A stretch of 64,000 nucleotides of DNA from the human T2T-CHM13v2.0 reference genome, Homo sapiens (GCF_009914755.1 NC_060933.1), one strand, 5' to 3'. Shown: positions 37,201 to 54,817, counted from the first letter of the stretch. Made by a program: numbers and translations. The notes: generated from the sequence alone by a model not told the origin.

Positions 37201-37420
37201 TTATATAAATGTACTAAATAAATTATAGCTCAATAAACATAATATGGTATTAGTTATGATGCACATCAACTACACTAAAAGGAAAAATCAATTTTGACAT
37301 TAGAATATTATAAACCAGCTTTATAACTATAGTCTAAATCTACATTTCCAGTTTCTTTAACATAATAAATAGAATTCTCAGAAAAATAGTATCTAGTATT
37401 TCTAGTAATTAAAAACTTAC

Positions 37421-37458
37421 TTGATTTTAGCAATGCAGCAAGAGTGTCTAAAGCAACC
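37421..37458 (-). CDS. AGTPBP1: AGTPBP1 exon 9, 38 nt: VALDTLAALLKS(K)
   Basis: acceptor ttgacag|G, donor CAA|gtaagt; phase 2 to 1; peptide visible in ORF 37308..37493. Confidence 0.93.
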
Positions 37459-39299
37459 CTGTCAACACAACAAGAAAACACAAACAACAACAAAACTAGT
37501 AAAATTAATCTACAATAGTAAATTCATACAATCTTTTTCAATAAGTCATTATTCTATTATCTATTCCAAAGTTTACTCTTGTTTAAGATAATTACACATG
37601 GTATTTCTCCGTATGCATCTCTCTCTTCAGCTTAAAATTGGATATGAAAAAGATTGAAATATCAATAGATAGGAACAAAAAAAATGTTTTGAGAAAGAAA
37701 AAGAAGGAAATTAACAATGTCTAAGTATTTGTCAGAAGTTAGATGAACGGAATCATTCATCAGCCTCTGTATCTGACCTGAGAGTTAACAAAGGAACCAC
37801 ACTATTAAAAATCATACGCCGTGACTTGCAAAGGAATTAAAAACAAATCTTAACACAAGTTCATAACAACAAAATTCTATAGATATTGTCACTTTCTGAC
37901 TTCAAAGTATTTCCATTCTATCAAGGTATATATCCTCCTATTTAAGGCCATAATAAAGGTAAAATATTTTGGAACTTGAAGGTTGGGGAGAAGTATCAGC
38001 CCTTAACATTTTTCAGCTATGACGCACCAAGATGAATAAGAAGCCTAACTAATATCTCAAAAACTCTTACTGTCCCTTAGAGGACAAAGCAATCACCCCC
38101 AAAACTGAAAGTATTTAAATTGTATTTGAACGTAAATACTCAGTCACACATAGTGAAATCAACTGCCGTTAATCAGCTGTAAAAATACACATAATATCAC
38201 CATGGAAAACCTGTAATTCAAATCGTTTATTTTTAATCAGATACTGAAGAAATGGCACTTAATTTCAATAATTTTTAAAATGTAAGGCACATACTATGGT
38301 ACCTCTTGGTAATACATCAACAATTACAATTAATTTGCATTAAAATTGTGTATATTATGAAACAATCATTTCACTCACCATTAAGCATTTGTTGAATGCC
38401 TACTTGATAACCACAGTAGCAAGTTCTTCGTGGTTATAAAATTAGAAAACAAACTTATCTCTTCCACAGATAATTTTACAATCTACATAATGTAATAAAA
38501 GAGCACAGCTATGAAAAAACTGCTCAAGAAATTAGAAACATAAAGGAGGTAATAAAGTAAAAGTTGCATACATCAGCAGTACAAGGGAAGTAGCATGACT
38601 AGGTGTAGGTAAAGGTAAAGAGCATAACAGATTACAAGACTTAAGATGGGTAGGTAAAGTTCACAGCAAAATCTGAAACAATAATCGAGGACTAGGCACA
38701 GGGTAAGTGCTCAACAAATGCCCAGTAAGAGGAAGTTCTTAATGGCTACACTTTTATTTATTGACAAAGATAAAGCAACTGTAAATTTTTATAATAACGA
38801 ATTTGTAAAATAAGAAATTCATACCTGTAACTTCCTCAAAACAATGTGAAGTGTTGGTGAGTTAAAAATAAACATTATAAAATTTTGTATTAAATTTTCA
38901 TTGCATTGAATTATCAGTAAGAAACTTTCCATACTTTTTACACTTATGCAATAAAATGTACAGGAGAATATAAAACTATGAGAATAAGGATAGCTTTTAA
39001 ATTGGTCAAAATTAAACACAAAACTAAATGAATATTCCATATGAGACTGCGATTTATAAAAACTAAAATGGAAAAGAAAACCTCTTCAGCAAGACCTGAC
39101 AAATGCCAGACACTGTTACAGGTGCTTTATATATGTGTTTTCTAGTTTCCTTCTTAAAACAATTTTGTTCCACAGAACTGAAATATAACATGCCTAGGGC
39201 CACATAAAATCTCAATGCAACAGAAAATGAATAATGTAATTATCTTGTTGAGAAAGGAAATTATGCAATCAGAAATGTCAGTCTCCCTTTGAGAAGGCT

Positions 39300-41100
39300 A
39301 TCTGAACTTTCACTTCCAGACAAGATGGAGTAACAGAAACCGGATGTACCCTCTCATTTGATGTAATTTTTTAAATGGACAAAATGGAATGGCTGTTTAA
39401 GATACTGGATATTAAGCAATGAAAGATAGAGATCCACAGAAATGGCAAAAATGAGATGGGCCCTACAATTGCCCCAGCTTACTACACCTTGAGAAAGCGA
39501 CCAAGCCACAGCACAGGGAGACAGAACCTAGGTGGAGTCTGGCAGATCCCAAAAGTTCAGCACATGAACTCCCTGATTGAGGACATAGAGGGTCCAGGCA
39601 GACCAAGTCGGTTAGAGCTCACAAGGCAGAATACCAGAAAATGAAAGCTGTACAGGGATTTTCAGCGAGTTGTGTTTGAATATTCAGCAAAGTAGTGATC
39701 AGCACATGTGTGTGAAGTAACTACTAAGGCTGGGAAAAAGCCATCCAAAAGGACTGCAGAACCACATCTAGTATTCACACAGGGCTGAGAACAGTGCCTA
39801 TATCCACCAATCACACTGGAAATCCTCATAACTCATGGGGTAGAGTGCTCGGAAGGATTCTGCCTCAGTAGTGGGGAAAAATCAGTCCTAAACAGTGCTT
39901 TGATCCCATCTAACAAATGTGAAAAGACATTTACAGATCAAACTATTTCCAACTAACTTAACCACATCCCAGAAAAACCTCAAGAATATTTATAGAAATA
40001 CAAAAATATCCAGCACTCAACAAGGTGGAATTCACAATGACTGGCACTCAAAAATTATCAAGCATGAAAAAAGCAAGGAAAAAAAGACCCATAATGATGG
40101 GGGAAAAAAAAAAAACAATTGAAACAGACCTAGATCTGACATAAACATGAGAAAACATTAAAACACTTATCACAATAGTATTCCACGTGTTCTAGAGGGA
40201 AGATTTAACATATTGCAGAAAGACAGTTTTTTTGAAAAGCTACCAATTGATCCAGCCATTCTACTCCTAGATATCTATTCAGCAGAAATAAAAAAATATA
40301 TGACCATAAAAAGTGTGTGAATGCTTATATACCCAAATAAACATTCACAGCAGCTTTATTTGTAACAGTCAAAAACTAAAAACCCAAATGTCCATTAAGA
40401 GGTGAATAAATAAACAAATGACAATACAGCCATATAACTGTGACTACTACTCAACAATAAAAAGGAATAAATTTTTGATATGTGCAACATAAGTGAATCT
40501 ATAAATAATCATGATACATGGAAGAAGCCAGATCCACCCCACCACAAAAAAGAGTACACACACTATGAATCCATTCATATAAAATTCCTGAACTTACATG
40601 TAACCAAATCTACAGTAATAGAAGGCATTGTCATGACTGCTAGGGCCAAAGGGGAGAAGCAAGGGAAGAATTACCAAGGGCACAATAAAGCCTCTGGGGG
40701 TGATAGAGATGTTAGCTTGATGTGGTGATAGTTTTTCACAGGTTTAGCCATATATCCAAGACCACATTACGATTTTCATGGGCTCTAGACACTTCTTTGC
40801 CTTCATAGGCCCCTCCCTTCAAAAAAGTATTTAAAATTCATATAGCATTTTACAACCGTGTTGGTGTTGGTATAAAGATGAATGAACTAATATCACAAAT
40901 GAAAACATTTTCTTCAGCCTAAAGTTCATTTTTATATGATTTTTAAAGAAATTAAAACATTTTTATGGGACCCTAGAAGTACTGTGCCTCCCAAGCCTAA
41001 AGGCTTTAGCCCAGCCTATGTCCATTCTCATCAAACTGTACACTTTGAATATACAGATTTTATCATGTCAACTACATCTCAGAAACGTATTTTTAAAAAC
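39300..41100 (+). mobile_element. Old L1M fragments with a probable nested small hAT MER at about 40755-41020
   Basis: caagatggagtaacag 5' motif, ccattctactcctagatatcta, tatactcaacaataaaaagg-like 3' motifs. Confidence 0.6.
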
Positions 41101-41547
41101 AGAAGTCAATCTAATATAACAGAAACTAAGTAAACCCCTCTTCCTATGGTTACTCTGTTTAATTTCTACATGTTATAAATCCCTTCTATTTAAAAAGTGA
41201 TTAAGAAAGCTGAGACAAAATATTTACTCCCCAAGGCACTAAACAATCTGCTGATTAATCATGTTAAGAAGGTCTCAAGACTCACTGCATTACATGTATT
41301 ATCTAAAGTACCAGACTCCACTTACCATTCAATGTAATATGTTTCTTACCATTACTAAGAAGCCTTCTTTGTCAACTTTTATTCGAGACTACCATGATCC
41401 ATCAAAAACTTTAACTTCTATGTATACACATAGATGTCAAGTTTTGTGAAAGACTATGCAAACTATGCAAAGTTAAGACACAGCTAACACAGAACACACT
41501 GAAAGATCACAAATTGTGCTTACTGCTAAGTACATGCAGTTAATCAC

Positions 41548-42008
41548 TGTTATGGGTTGAATTGTGTTCAAAAAGGTATGTTGAAGTCCCAACCCCCAAT
41601 ACCTCCAAATATGACCTTATTGGAAAACATGGTCATTGCAGATGTAACTAGTTAAGGCAAGGTCATACTGGAGTAGGTGGGCCCTTAATACAACAGACTG
41701 GTGCTGTTATAAGGAGAGAGAAGACAATGTGAAGACAAACACAAAAGGGGAGAGTGCCATGTGATGATGGAGGCAAAAACCGAAATGCTATGGCTGCAAG
41801 CCTAGGAACACCAAAGATTGCCAGCAAACCACCAGAAGCTAGGAAGAAGCAAGGAAGGATGCTCCCTTCCAGGTTTCAGAGGGAGCATGGCCCTGCTGAC
41901 AAGTTGATTTTGGACTTCCAGCCTCTGGAACTATAAAACAATAAATTTCTGTTGTTTTGAGCCACTCAGTATTGGACTTTGTTATGACAGCCCTAGAAAA
42001 CTAATATA
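41548..42008 (+). mobile_element. MLT1 (MaLR) solo LTR, MLT1B/C-like
   Basis: tgttatgggttgaattgtg...aataaatttctgttgttttgagcca...cagccctagaaaactaatata. Confidence 0.88.
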
Positions 42009-43399
42009 ATAACTTACATGCAATCACTTACAATGAACTCATAAGACCTTCCTTTCTACAGCTAATTCTTTATTCAAAATTGTAAAAATCTTAGAGTACT
42101 TTCAGAAACTCTTTCTCCCTACTGGTAGTTGTTTACAACTGTTTAAACCAAATAAAAGTACTTCTGACAGTTTCTAATCCTAAAATAGAACATTTTTTTC
42201 TGTTGATGTTTATTTTTCAACACTGGAAAGCTGGGATATGAACCCAGTTCTTTCAGATGGCAACACCCATTGTGTATGTTTCTTATTATTTCCAGTAGAT
42301 TAAAAGATATAGTCAAGTTTGGTGCAAAGTCATTTGTAAATTTTTACCAAATGTTATTTAAGAGTTATTTTTAGAACTTTACCACAAAGAAATTTCTGAA
42401 ATTCTATAACACTTATAAGCCAGAGTAAATTAATGTTACAAAAGAATTTTAAAATGTTAGATTTATTGAAATGCATAGTTTGTAGTTAATTAATTAAAAT
42501 TTCTCAGTATAAATAATTTATACTTCCTCATATATTTTTCCAGTCTTCATATTTCCACAAAGAATACTACAAGCAACAATAATTCAAAAAGTAGTCTGTG
42601 GCTTAGATTTAGGAGATGTGAAGGAAAAAAAGCTTAAGTCCCCAGGTACTAATGAAGTGACATCTACTTTCAATTCTGGGTCAGTCCTTGCAATGACTTC
42701 CAAACCTATGGGGAAACTCAAAAAGATACAGTTAAAATAACCTCCTGAGTTGCTTCCTTCTAGATTAACAGTTTTAAATCCAAAACCTAAAATTAAAAAG
42801 GAGAGGAAGCATAACCCTCCAAATACAACTCTTCCTCAATCGTCTTCCCATTAAATGTGGAGCATTGTTTAAAGGGAGGAAGAAATACAACAGAAAGCGT
42901 TAGATGTCTGAGGTTTTTAGTTAATTAGAGGAGAGACCCTCAGATTACTAAAAATGATAAGAGATCAAGATATAGCAAGTTTGGTCAATGAATGGCTTGT
43001 TCTTTTTAAAGTAAAAATAAAGTAAAAGATTATTTTTCCTTTTTAAAGTAGAAATAGAAAAATAATGCATAATTCATCTTTTCTCTGATGTTTTAGATCC
43101 ACTGATTTCCATAAGGTTTTGGATATACCCCATGTGGTATATTATAAAGATCCTTTTGAAATGCTCCATTTCATTTCCCCTGGAAACATTTTATATTAGA
43201 TTTGACAACTTGGTTATAATAGAGCATAAAGTACATCTTAAGTAGGAGATCATGGCCATTATATAAAAAATAAATTATAAAATGCAGTACCGATTAAAGG
43301 GAGAAACAGCAAATAAATAAAAGCATAACTAATGTACTTTTAGTGTTAGCTAGGAATCATTCATACACACACTACTACATTGCTTATCTAAACTGTATT

Positions 43400-43610
43400 A
43401 CATTAATACAGGCATTGTGCTAATTACAGGAATCATATCATTACAACCTTATAATAGAGATGCTAAATATTATTACAATTTTACAGACAGGAAACTGGGG
43501 CATAATAAATTAAGTAACTTACTTGTATCCTAGGGCCAGTAAATGATAGAGCTAACATGCAAATCCAAGTCTGTCTGCCTGCAGAGCCCACTCTAAACCA
43601 CCATAAGACA
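43400..43610 (-). mobile_element. MIR SINE
   Basis: attttacagacaggaaactgggg...aagtaactt. Confidence 0.7.
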
Positions 43611-45451
43611 CCAATATTCTGTGTTACTGATTGTGATACAAACATTTTGTTTGCTTTGTTACATTTCATCAGATACTCTGGGATTGTGTATAATTCTTAC
43701 ACAGCTGTAACTATGTTGTCATCCCACCAAATAATATTTAATAAATAGTCATATGTGCAAGTAAGCTCAGAAAATATTTTAAAATATTTGACCCTTATTA
43801 AGAAAGGGTGAAAACACTGGAAATGTCCTGAACCCTATTTAAGAGTAAAGTCAAATCAAATAGTTCATGTGGACAAGTTCTTCATTACAAAAGATTCACA
43901 GCTAATAAACACAGGAAAAAAATAAAACTAGATAAGTTATTATTTTCCAACCACTAATGAAATAACAGATACAGGCAGTGTCATGAATGACTGCTAAATC
44001 ACTAAGTGAAAAGTGGATGGGGACATTTCTAATGGGTAGATAACCTCAACTCAATTATCTTAAGTGACATAAAACAAAGTTGCCAGCTCCACCTATGAAA
44101 TATTTTTGACCAGAAAAAACAAACCAGAACCCCAAATCTAATCAAGCCACAGTTTTATCAGTCTACAGAAAATGTAAGGGATATACTCATATGTTAAATA
44201 ACTTCAGGATATAGTCATTGTAAGCCAGAACGTGTGACATTTTAAAAGACCTATCACTGAAGACCTTCAACAAATAAAACAAAACCAAAAAACAGGGAAA
44301 CTTTTTTTTATTTCAAAAGATTATGAGACATATCAATCAAATATAATGTATAGACTTAATTGAAGCCCTGAACAAGCAAGCCAACTGTAAAAAAAAAAAA
44401 AAAAAAGCATTTCCTAATCAGAAAATATCAGATATTAAGAAATTACCGTTAATATTGTTGGGCACAGAAAAGACAACTGCGGTAACACTAAAAGAGAAAA
44501 GATCTGTAATTGACAGTGATCATATTAAAGAATTTACAGCTCAAATATAATGGCTGATATCTGCTTTAAAATACGCTAGGAAAAAAGAAAAACAGAAAGA
44601 AAAATAAAATTAAAATGACAGATTTTTGATAGTACAACTGGGTAACAGGTACATCAGAGTTCATTATATTATCCTCTCTACATTTGTGTAGGCTTGGAAA
44701 TTTCCTAAATATAATGAAGAATAATGTATGCATCTTGTTTGGATTCTGATTCAAACAAACCAACTAAAAAGGGGCTATTTTGAGACAACTGGAGAAAATC
44801 AAACAACAGACCAGATTTTAGATTGTATTAAGTAAGTATCAGGAGGGAGAGGTGGGAGCATCACTTGAGCCTAGGAATTTGAGGCTACAGTGTGCCATGA
44901 TCATGCCACTGCACTCCAGCCTAGGCAACAGAGAGAGACTCCATTTCAAAAAAAAAAAAGAAATTAATAATTTTGTTGGCTATGATTGTAGTATTCTGGT
45001 TATTTTTAAGTCCTTATTTAGTAGAATTATATACTGAGGTATTTAGAAAATAAATGATAGTATTCAAAGAAAATAATCCAAGAGAAAATATCTAGGATCT
45101 GCTTATAGAAATACACACACATTTATGTATATATAAAATACCTGAGATTTCTTAAAAGTACCCCAGGAAAAACAAACAAACAAAAGTGTGGAGTGGAAAC
45201 AAATGAAACAAAAATGGTGGAATGTTCAGAATTGTTAAACACAACAAGTAATTAATATAACTCAATATAATCAGTTTAATATAAACTCTATTTTATGTAT
45301 GTTTTAAAAATTCCACAATAAAAAAAAATTTTAAAGAAAGACCTCTAAAATGGCTTAAGAAAATATTAAACTGTAACCAATAAATGAGACATGGCTTTCA
45401 TTTTCTGAGGCTGAAAGGCCTAGGAATGAATAAAAATACATACATACATAC

Positions 45452-45454
<3 letters not shown>

Positions 45455-45494
<40 letters not shown>

Positions 45495-45522
45495 CATACA
45501 CACACACACACACACACACACA
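45455..45522 (+). repeat. (TG)18-tatacata-(CA)12 inverted microsatellite
   Basis: directly visible. Confidence 0.97.
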
Positions 45523-45966
45523 TCTCAGGATGGGGGAAAAAGAATGATGTGATTTTGACAAAATAGAAATGTATCAATTTAAGATTGTTCAGGTATTCAT
45601 AAGAATGAAAAAGTCATTACAAGATTGTAAAATTGGGTGAGAAATATAGTAGGCACTCAATAAATGTTTCTGAATGAATACTCTATAGATAATCTTTTTT
45701 CCTTTTACAGTATCTAGAAATGTTCAGTCTAAGTTACTATAAACATTATATTCAATGAAGTCAAAACTGTCCAATTTTGAGATATTTGTGAAGATTAAAT
45801 TTTATACTAAAGAAAATCTTTATCATGATAAAATCATTATTTAAGAACTAAGAAATGAAATAACCCTGGAGACAATTTAATTCAACCTGCTCATTGTACA
45901 TATCAAGATAATGAGGCCCAGAGTAACAAAGGCTATACCTATGTTTACATTCAAAACATTTACTCA

Positions 45967-46158
<192 letters not shown>

Positions 46159-47067
46159 TTAGTAAATGTCAACTCAAGTCACCTTAAAGTCCATCTAAGC
46201 TAACCACATGAAGAAATAGTGTTTTTTGTTTTTGCTTTGTTATGGAAAGTGCAGGGAAATTCTGAAACGAGTTATATGCAAAAAAAAAAAAAAACCACTA
46301 TTATAAAAAAAATTCTTCAGTTACTCTATATTTCTCTAATAAATTTAGTGAACCTCACTGAACACCAGGTTATGGGGATTCCGAAACAAGAATAAAATCT
46401 CTGACCTCAAAGAACAAAGTGTAGAGAGAATGACAGAAACAATAAACAAATAATTACTAAATTACTTTCAAAATAGATCAAGAGTTGTAGACTATTTGGA
46501 TTACACCATTGAGAAGTTCCTAATTCAGAGTGAGACAGACATTTCTGGAGAAAATGATGCCTAGGCTCAGTCTTTAAAAGTGAGTAGTAGTTAGGGCAGG
46601 AGTAGAGGTAAAGGGGTAGATGTGGCTCTGGACACAGGAATAATACAAACAGAACGAAGACAATGAACATCACAATGTGAGCAGTTACATAATGTTAAAC
46701 ACAGAGTATCAAGAAAAGATACACAAATAGGAAGATGAGGTGGAAAAAGATGAGAAATTATGAAGGGCCCTAGAAGTTGTTAATTCTTTTGACTATGGGG
46801 AATCACGCAAAAGGAACATATCAGATGTGAATTTTAAATAAATAGGTCAGAATTCAAAGAACTCTGAGGAAGCTGGTTTTGAAAGACACATTAGGAGGCT
46901 ATGGTCTAGGTAACAGGTAATGAGGACTTTAATTAAAGCAAGTGTAGCAGGGAAAAAGATGGAACAATTTCAGTATTTAATATGGAATATACAAATAATT
47001 ACCTAACCAGAAAACTGTGCTAAACATTTTTAATTCTGAACAGATGTTATTAAATATATTGTAGAAC

Positions 47068-47190
47068 CAGGGACAATGGCATGTGCCTGTAGTCTTAGCT
47101 GCTTGGGAGGCTGAAGCAGGAGGATCGCTTAAGGCCAGGAGTTCAAAGCCAGCCTGAGATGTATAGCAAGACCCTGTCTCTAAAAGAAAA
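47068..47190 (+). mobile_element. Free Alu monomer (FLAM-like)
   Basis: single arm with ggaggatcgcttaaggccaggagttc. Confidence 0.8.
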
Positions 47191-47419
47191 TCGTTTAATA
47201 AACAATTTTTAAATTATAGATAAGCCATCTGCTAGCCTTCTATTGGTTAATCCAATAAAATGCCACCAAAAATGTAGCTCCTAATATTTCGTAGGATGAT
47301 CTTAATTTTCTCTGTTTATTACTCCGTTATCCCTTCTAATTTCATGTCTATACTGTATTCCTTTGACCTTGATTGAAGTATTTGGTGGTTTAGCTGTTTT
47401 ATTTTTACATTTGGGGGTT

Positions 47420-47725
47420 TTTGTTGCATTGTTGTTGTTTTTGAGACAGGGTCCTGCTGTGTTGCCCAAGCTGGAATGCAGTGGTGCAGTCATGGCTCAC
47501 TGCAGCCTTAACCTCCTGGGCTCAAGAAATCCTCCCACCTTAGCTTCCTGAGTAGCTGAGACTGCAGGCACACATCACCACAACTAGCCAATTTTTTCCT
47601 TTTTTTTTTTTGTAGAAATGGCATCTCACTATGTTGCCCAGGCTGGTTGTAAACTCCTGGCCTCAAGCGGTCCTTCTGCCTAGCCTCTGAAGTGCTGGGA
47701 TTACAGCCATGTGCGACTGTACCAG
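47420..47725 (-). mobile_element. AluJ
   Basis: ctcctgggctcaagaaatcctccc J-type diagnostics. Confidence 0.88.
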
Positions 47726-48524
47726 TGTATTTTATTTTTAATCCAATACAGTTTTATTTTTTAAATCAACTGCTTTTCTATTTTCTAATGCATATTTTTC
47801 CTTTTACCTTTACTATTTCATTTCTTGACTTTACTGGTGTTTATTTCTCTGTTCTTAACTTCATTGGTTAGATATCTAATTCATTTGTTTCCTTATGTTC
47901 TTTTTAATTACATGTTAGTTATTTAAGTGTTCTAAGCTGTTTTCCACAGAGCACACCTTTAGCCATATTTTAAAGGTACTGATATACACACACAGAGACA
48001 TATACATAAGCTTATGTATGTTTATATATTACATATATGTATATACGCAATATACACACATATCTAGCACTCTATCATTATTTTGCAATGATATTCTGCA
48101 ATAACATATATTCTGCAATTCAATCTTAGGTTCTTTCATTAACCACTTCAATTCTGCAATCAGAGAATAGAAAAAAAAATCCACACCTCATGCGTGGAAC
48201 CTCGTGTTAGTGAGAGTGTGTGTTTTGGGAGACATTTTATCTGAGTCTGTCTCTCTGTGAGCCCTCTTCTCTCTAGCTTCTCAGAGGTTCCCATACTAGT
48301 TATTTTCAGTTCTGCTACTTCCCTATTGATTGCTGAAGAGAATTAGCTCCAGGTGACTATGCTACTGCATCCTTTCCTTCTAGGCTTTCTCCTCTCATCT
48401 GTGACAGTCTAAAGAGGCACAGGAGTTTTTCCAGCTACCAATACCCTCATATTCTTCCACATCTTTTCTACAGGCTGCCTAGTCATCCTCCTCACTCCTA
48501 TCCTTTATAAATTGGAGAAATTAG

Positions 48525-48900
<376 letters not shown>

Positions 48901-49012
48901 TAAAATGAGCCATATTAAATCTTCTCTTTCCTTTTTCACAAATATCAGAGGTTTACAGAATCAGGATACTTTAAAATTCTTTTTGTGTAACTTTACAACA
49001 CTGAGTTAACTA

Positions 49013-49516
<504 letters not shown>

Positions 49517-50117
49517 CACATGTAAGTTTTGAATGAAATGATGATATTATAAATCAGTGATGTAAATTTTAAATTTACATTATGAATTAATTTTATGAAA
49601 TATAAAGTTGGCCTGAAAAGAATAAAATTATAATCCTTTTTTGTATTATTTTTAAAATAAAACATCCCTTTTATTTTAAAACATTAGTTGAAAGAATGTA
49701 CTAAGAAACAGACAGGGGGATAGGGAAGGAGGATGGAGGCTAGAGTAGCCCAACACTTAGACTGTCATTAAAAAAAACTGAACTGCTCCACTACACATAT
49801 ACATTTGTCTAGTTCAACACACTTCCCAGAACACCAACACAGAGTTAAAAGGAACAAAATCCAAATGTCCATTACAATAATACTTAATATGAACCATATT
49901 CTTTTCTGACTTGTAAAAAAATAAAAATTCATTTAAAAAATTAACAGCTTATGTAGAAAATAATCTGGCAAATATTACCAAATAAATTTCTAAAGGGAAA
50001 TAATTCTTAACACAGGAAGGGAAGAAAAGATGTTCTTAATTTTTATTCTCATGAAGAGATTAAAACAGTAAAAAAAATTTTAAATAAGAAGAACTTAAGA
50101 ATGTTAAGATTTATAGT

Positions 50118-50310
50118 AGACATTGGAGATACAAAAAGTGGCAGGGTGGGTGAGGGGTGAAGGTTGAAAAATTACCTGTTAGCTACAATGTTCACTATTC
50201 AGGTAATGGGTATATTAAATGCCCAGACTTCCCCACTATACAATACTACATGTAAGAAATCTGCACTTGTACTCCACTATATAAAACTACAAATAAAAAT
50301 GAATTTTAAA
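50118..50310 (+). mobile_element. L1PB-like 3' UTR end
   Basis: ttgaaaaattacctgtt...gcccagacttccccactatacaat. Confidence 0.7.
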
Positions 50311-50320
50311 AAAGACTTAA

Positions 50321-50702
<382 letters not shown>

Positions 50703-51277
50703 TTACCTCACTAGAAAAATAAAAAGAATAGAAAAATCACTCAAGAAATTACCATATAATGTCCTTGAATGACATAAAAATGGGAAACTAGGGCAAACCA
50801 TAAAGGAAATAGCCCAAATTTAAAAGAATATATAAGAGAAAATAAATATGACCTAAAACTTAAAAGGGATATTAAAGAATGATAAATATTTTTAAAATCA
50901 ATATCTTAATTTCATGAAAAGTAGAAGATAACCTAGTTCTAATTAGAAGAGAAAGCATAACAATACTCATCAATAAATAAGGGGTTTTTTTTAAATGAAT
51001 TTTCTGCCAAATTATGGTTTTCTTATTTTTTCATTTTCATTTTCCACAAAAATCTCAAAAGGGAGTCTTTAAATCTTAAATACAAGAGCTAAAGAAAAAT
51101 AAGAGACAGCTAACATATTCCTTAAATAAACTAAATACATCTTTAAGTCTTAAGGCTCCTAATATACCTGGAAAATTAAAGTCACTTCAGGGTTCCTTTC
51201 TTTAAAACAACACCTATAAAAACTACTAATTACTTATACAATACATAAAGATATGCTAGAAATACGTATGTTAATAA

Positions 51278-51678
<401 letters not shown>

Positions 51679-52226
51679 AAAGGCAAAACTCTTAAAACAC
51701 AATTCTAATAATTTAAGGAATTATTTTAATCTTTGTGCAAGTAGACAACCGTAAACTGAACTTGAGTTCTAGTCAAAGGGTGCCTTCCTTAGTTAACCTA
51801 ACCTTAATCAGCTTCTTCCTTTGTTCTATATCCTATTTTTCCCAATTTGCATTTTTTAATATTTCACGTGTCTTACTGTTGTAATAACTGGTCTCATAAT
51901 TTTTCTATTTTTGTCTTCTTAACTAAGATTGTAAGTTTCCTGAGCATTCACACTATGCAGCACAAATATGACTATTAAAGAAAGCAGTGACATATTTTAC
52001 CTCCATGTTTTTCAAAACATTCTCATCCATACTCCTTCCTTCTAGCCTCAACAATACCCATATTGCATGTATCCTTTACAAACACACTTGAGAGGGCACA
52101 CACACACTCCAAGACACACTTGTGACCCAAAACTTTTTCTTTTTTCTACCACATGCAATAGAATTCCTCATAAATTTTGGATCCTCAGTTACTGCAGGTC
52201 ACTAGTTGACTATAAAAAACCATTTC

Positions 52227-52572
<346 letters not shown>

Positions 52573-52589
52573 TTAAGCACTCTCCATAA

Positions 52590-53830
52590 GAAAACATTGG
52601 AGAAATGCTTCCGGATATTGGTCTGGGCAAAATTTAGTAAGACCTGGAAAGCATAGGTAATCAAAGCAGAAACTGACAAATGAGATGGTATCAAGCTAAA
52701 AAGCTTCTGAACAGCAAAGGAAACAATCAACAAAGTGAAGAGATAACCTACAGAATGGGAGGAAATACTTACAGACTACTCATCTGACAAGAGATTAAAA
52801 AACCAGAATATATAAGGAACTCAAATAGCTCAACAGCAAAAAAAAAGAGAAAGGATTTTTTAAATGGGCAAAAGATCTGAATAAACATTCTCAAAAGAAA
52901 ATATATAAATGGGCAATGGGTATAGATAAAAACGCTCAACATTACTAATCGTTAGGGAAATGCAAATCAAAATCATAATGAGATACCATCTCATCCCAGT
53001 TAAAACAGCTGTTATCAAGAAGACAGAAAATAATAAATGCTGGTGAGGATAAGGAACTCTCACACACTGCAAAAATCTAAGTTACTACAGCCACTATGGA
53101 AAACAGTATGGGGGTTCCCCAAAAAACTAAAAATAGAATTACCAGATGATCTAGCAGTCCTACTGTTGGGTATATATCCAAACGAAAGGAAATAAGTATA
53201 TTGAAGAATATCTGCATTCCCATGTTTACTGCTGCACTATTCACAAAAGCCAAGGTATGGAATCAACCTAGGTGTCCATCAGTGAATGAATATATAAAGA
53301 AAATGCGGTTTATTTACACAATAGAATACTATTCAACCATAAAAAAATGAAATCCTGTCATTTGCAGCAACATGGATGGAACTGGAGGACATTATGTTAA
53401 GTGAAATAAGACAGGCACAGAAAGATAAATATCAATGTTCTCTTTCATATGCAGAAGCTAAAAAAACTGATCTCATGAAAGGAGTGAATAGAATAGTGGT
53501 TATCAGAGGCTAGCAAGGGTAATGGAGAGCGGGAGATAAGGAGGAGTTTGTTAAATGGATACAAAAATACATTTCAATAGAAGGAATAACATCCAGTGGT
53601 AACACAATAGGGCAAGTATAGCTAATAATAATTTATTATATATTTTAAAATAGCTATAAGAGAAGATATGGAATGATCCCAACACAAAGAAATAATGAAT
53701 GTTTGAGGTGATGGATACCCCATGTACCCAGATTCGATCATTACACATACATTTTTATCAAAATATCATGTGTACCCCCATAAACATGTACAATTATTGT
53801 GTATCCATAGAAATTTAAAATAAATAACAT
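52590..53830 (+). mobile_element. L1MA-type 3' fragment (ORF2 end plus 3' UTR)
   Basis: aagctaaaaagcttctgaacagcaaaggaaacaatcaac..., catttgcagcaacatggatggaactggagg, tgtaccccataa-like end. Confidence 0.85.
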
Positions 53831-53886
53831 TTTTAAAAACTGAGTAGTTACAAGGTGAGAGAATCACTGTTACAAAAATAGTTCTA

Positions 53887-54072
<186 letters not shown>

Positions 54073-54203
54073 TTAAAAAAAAAAAAAATTTAAACAACAA
54101 ATTAAAAAAAAATTAACAAATTTAAACAAACATATTAGGTATCATAACTTGTTAGCATTCAAGAAATGGTTAAAACTGATGACCTCTAAAATCAAACAAA
54201 TAA

Positions 54204-54500
<297 letters not shown>

Positions 54501-54817
54501 ATAATATCAAACAAATACCATCAACACATTTTGTTTAATCTCATTTATTTAGAAAATAGCACACAAAGGGTAAACACAAATCACGCTGAAATTCTAGGTT
54601 CAAGGCTGTGAAATACATGGCTATGGGGTAGTCTGAGGGATACTTGAAAAGATACCAAAAATAAAGCAACAACAACAAACTATGACATTTCAGTTTCTAA
54701 TTCCAATACTCAGAATAGCCTCTATAAGAGTATCGGAAAATTCCAAATAAAGTGAATACGATACATTGTTGATCACTGTTTAGAAACAGAAATTAGACCA
54801 AAGAAACAAAAACTTAC

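Noticed and set aside
49650-49681. Perfect 13-bp hairpin ttttaaaataaaa-catccc-ttttattttaaaa
   Set aside because: All-A/T stem in AT-rich DNA; plausible by chance
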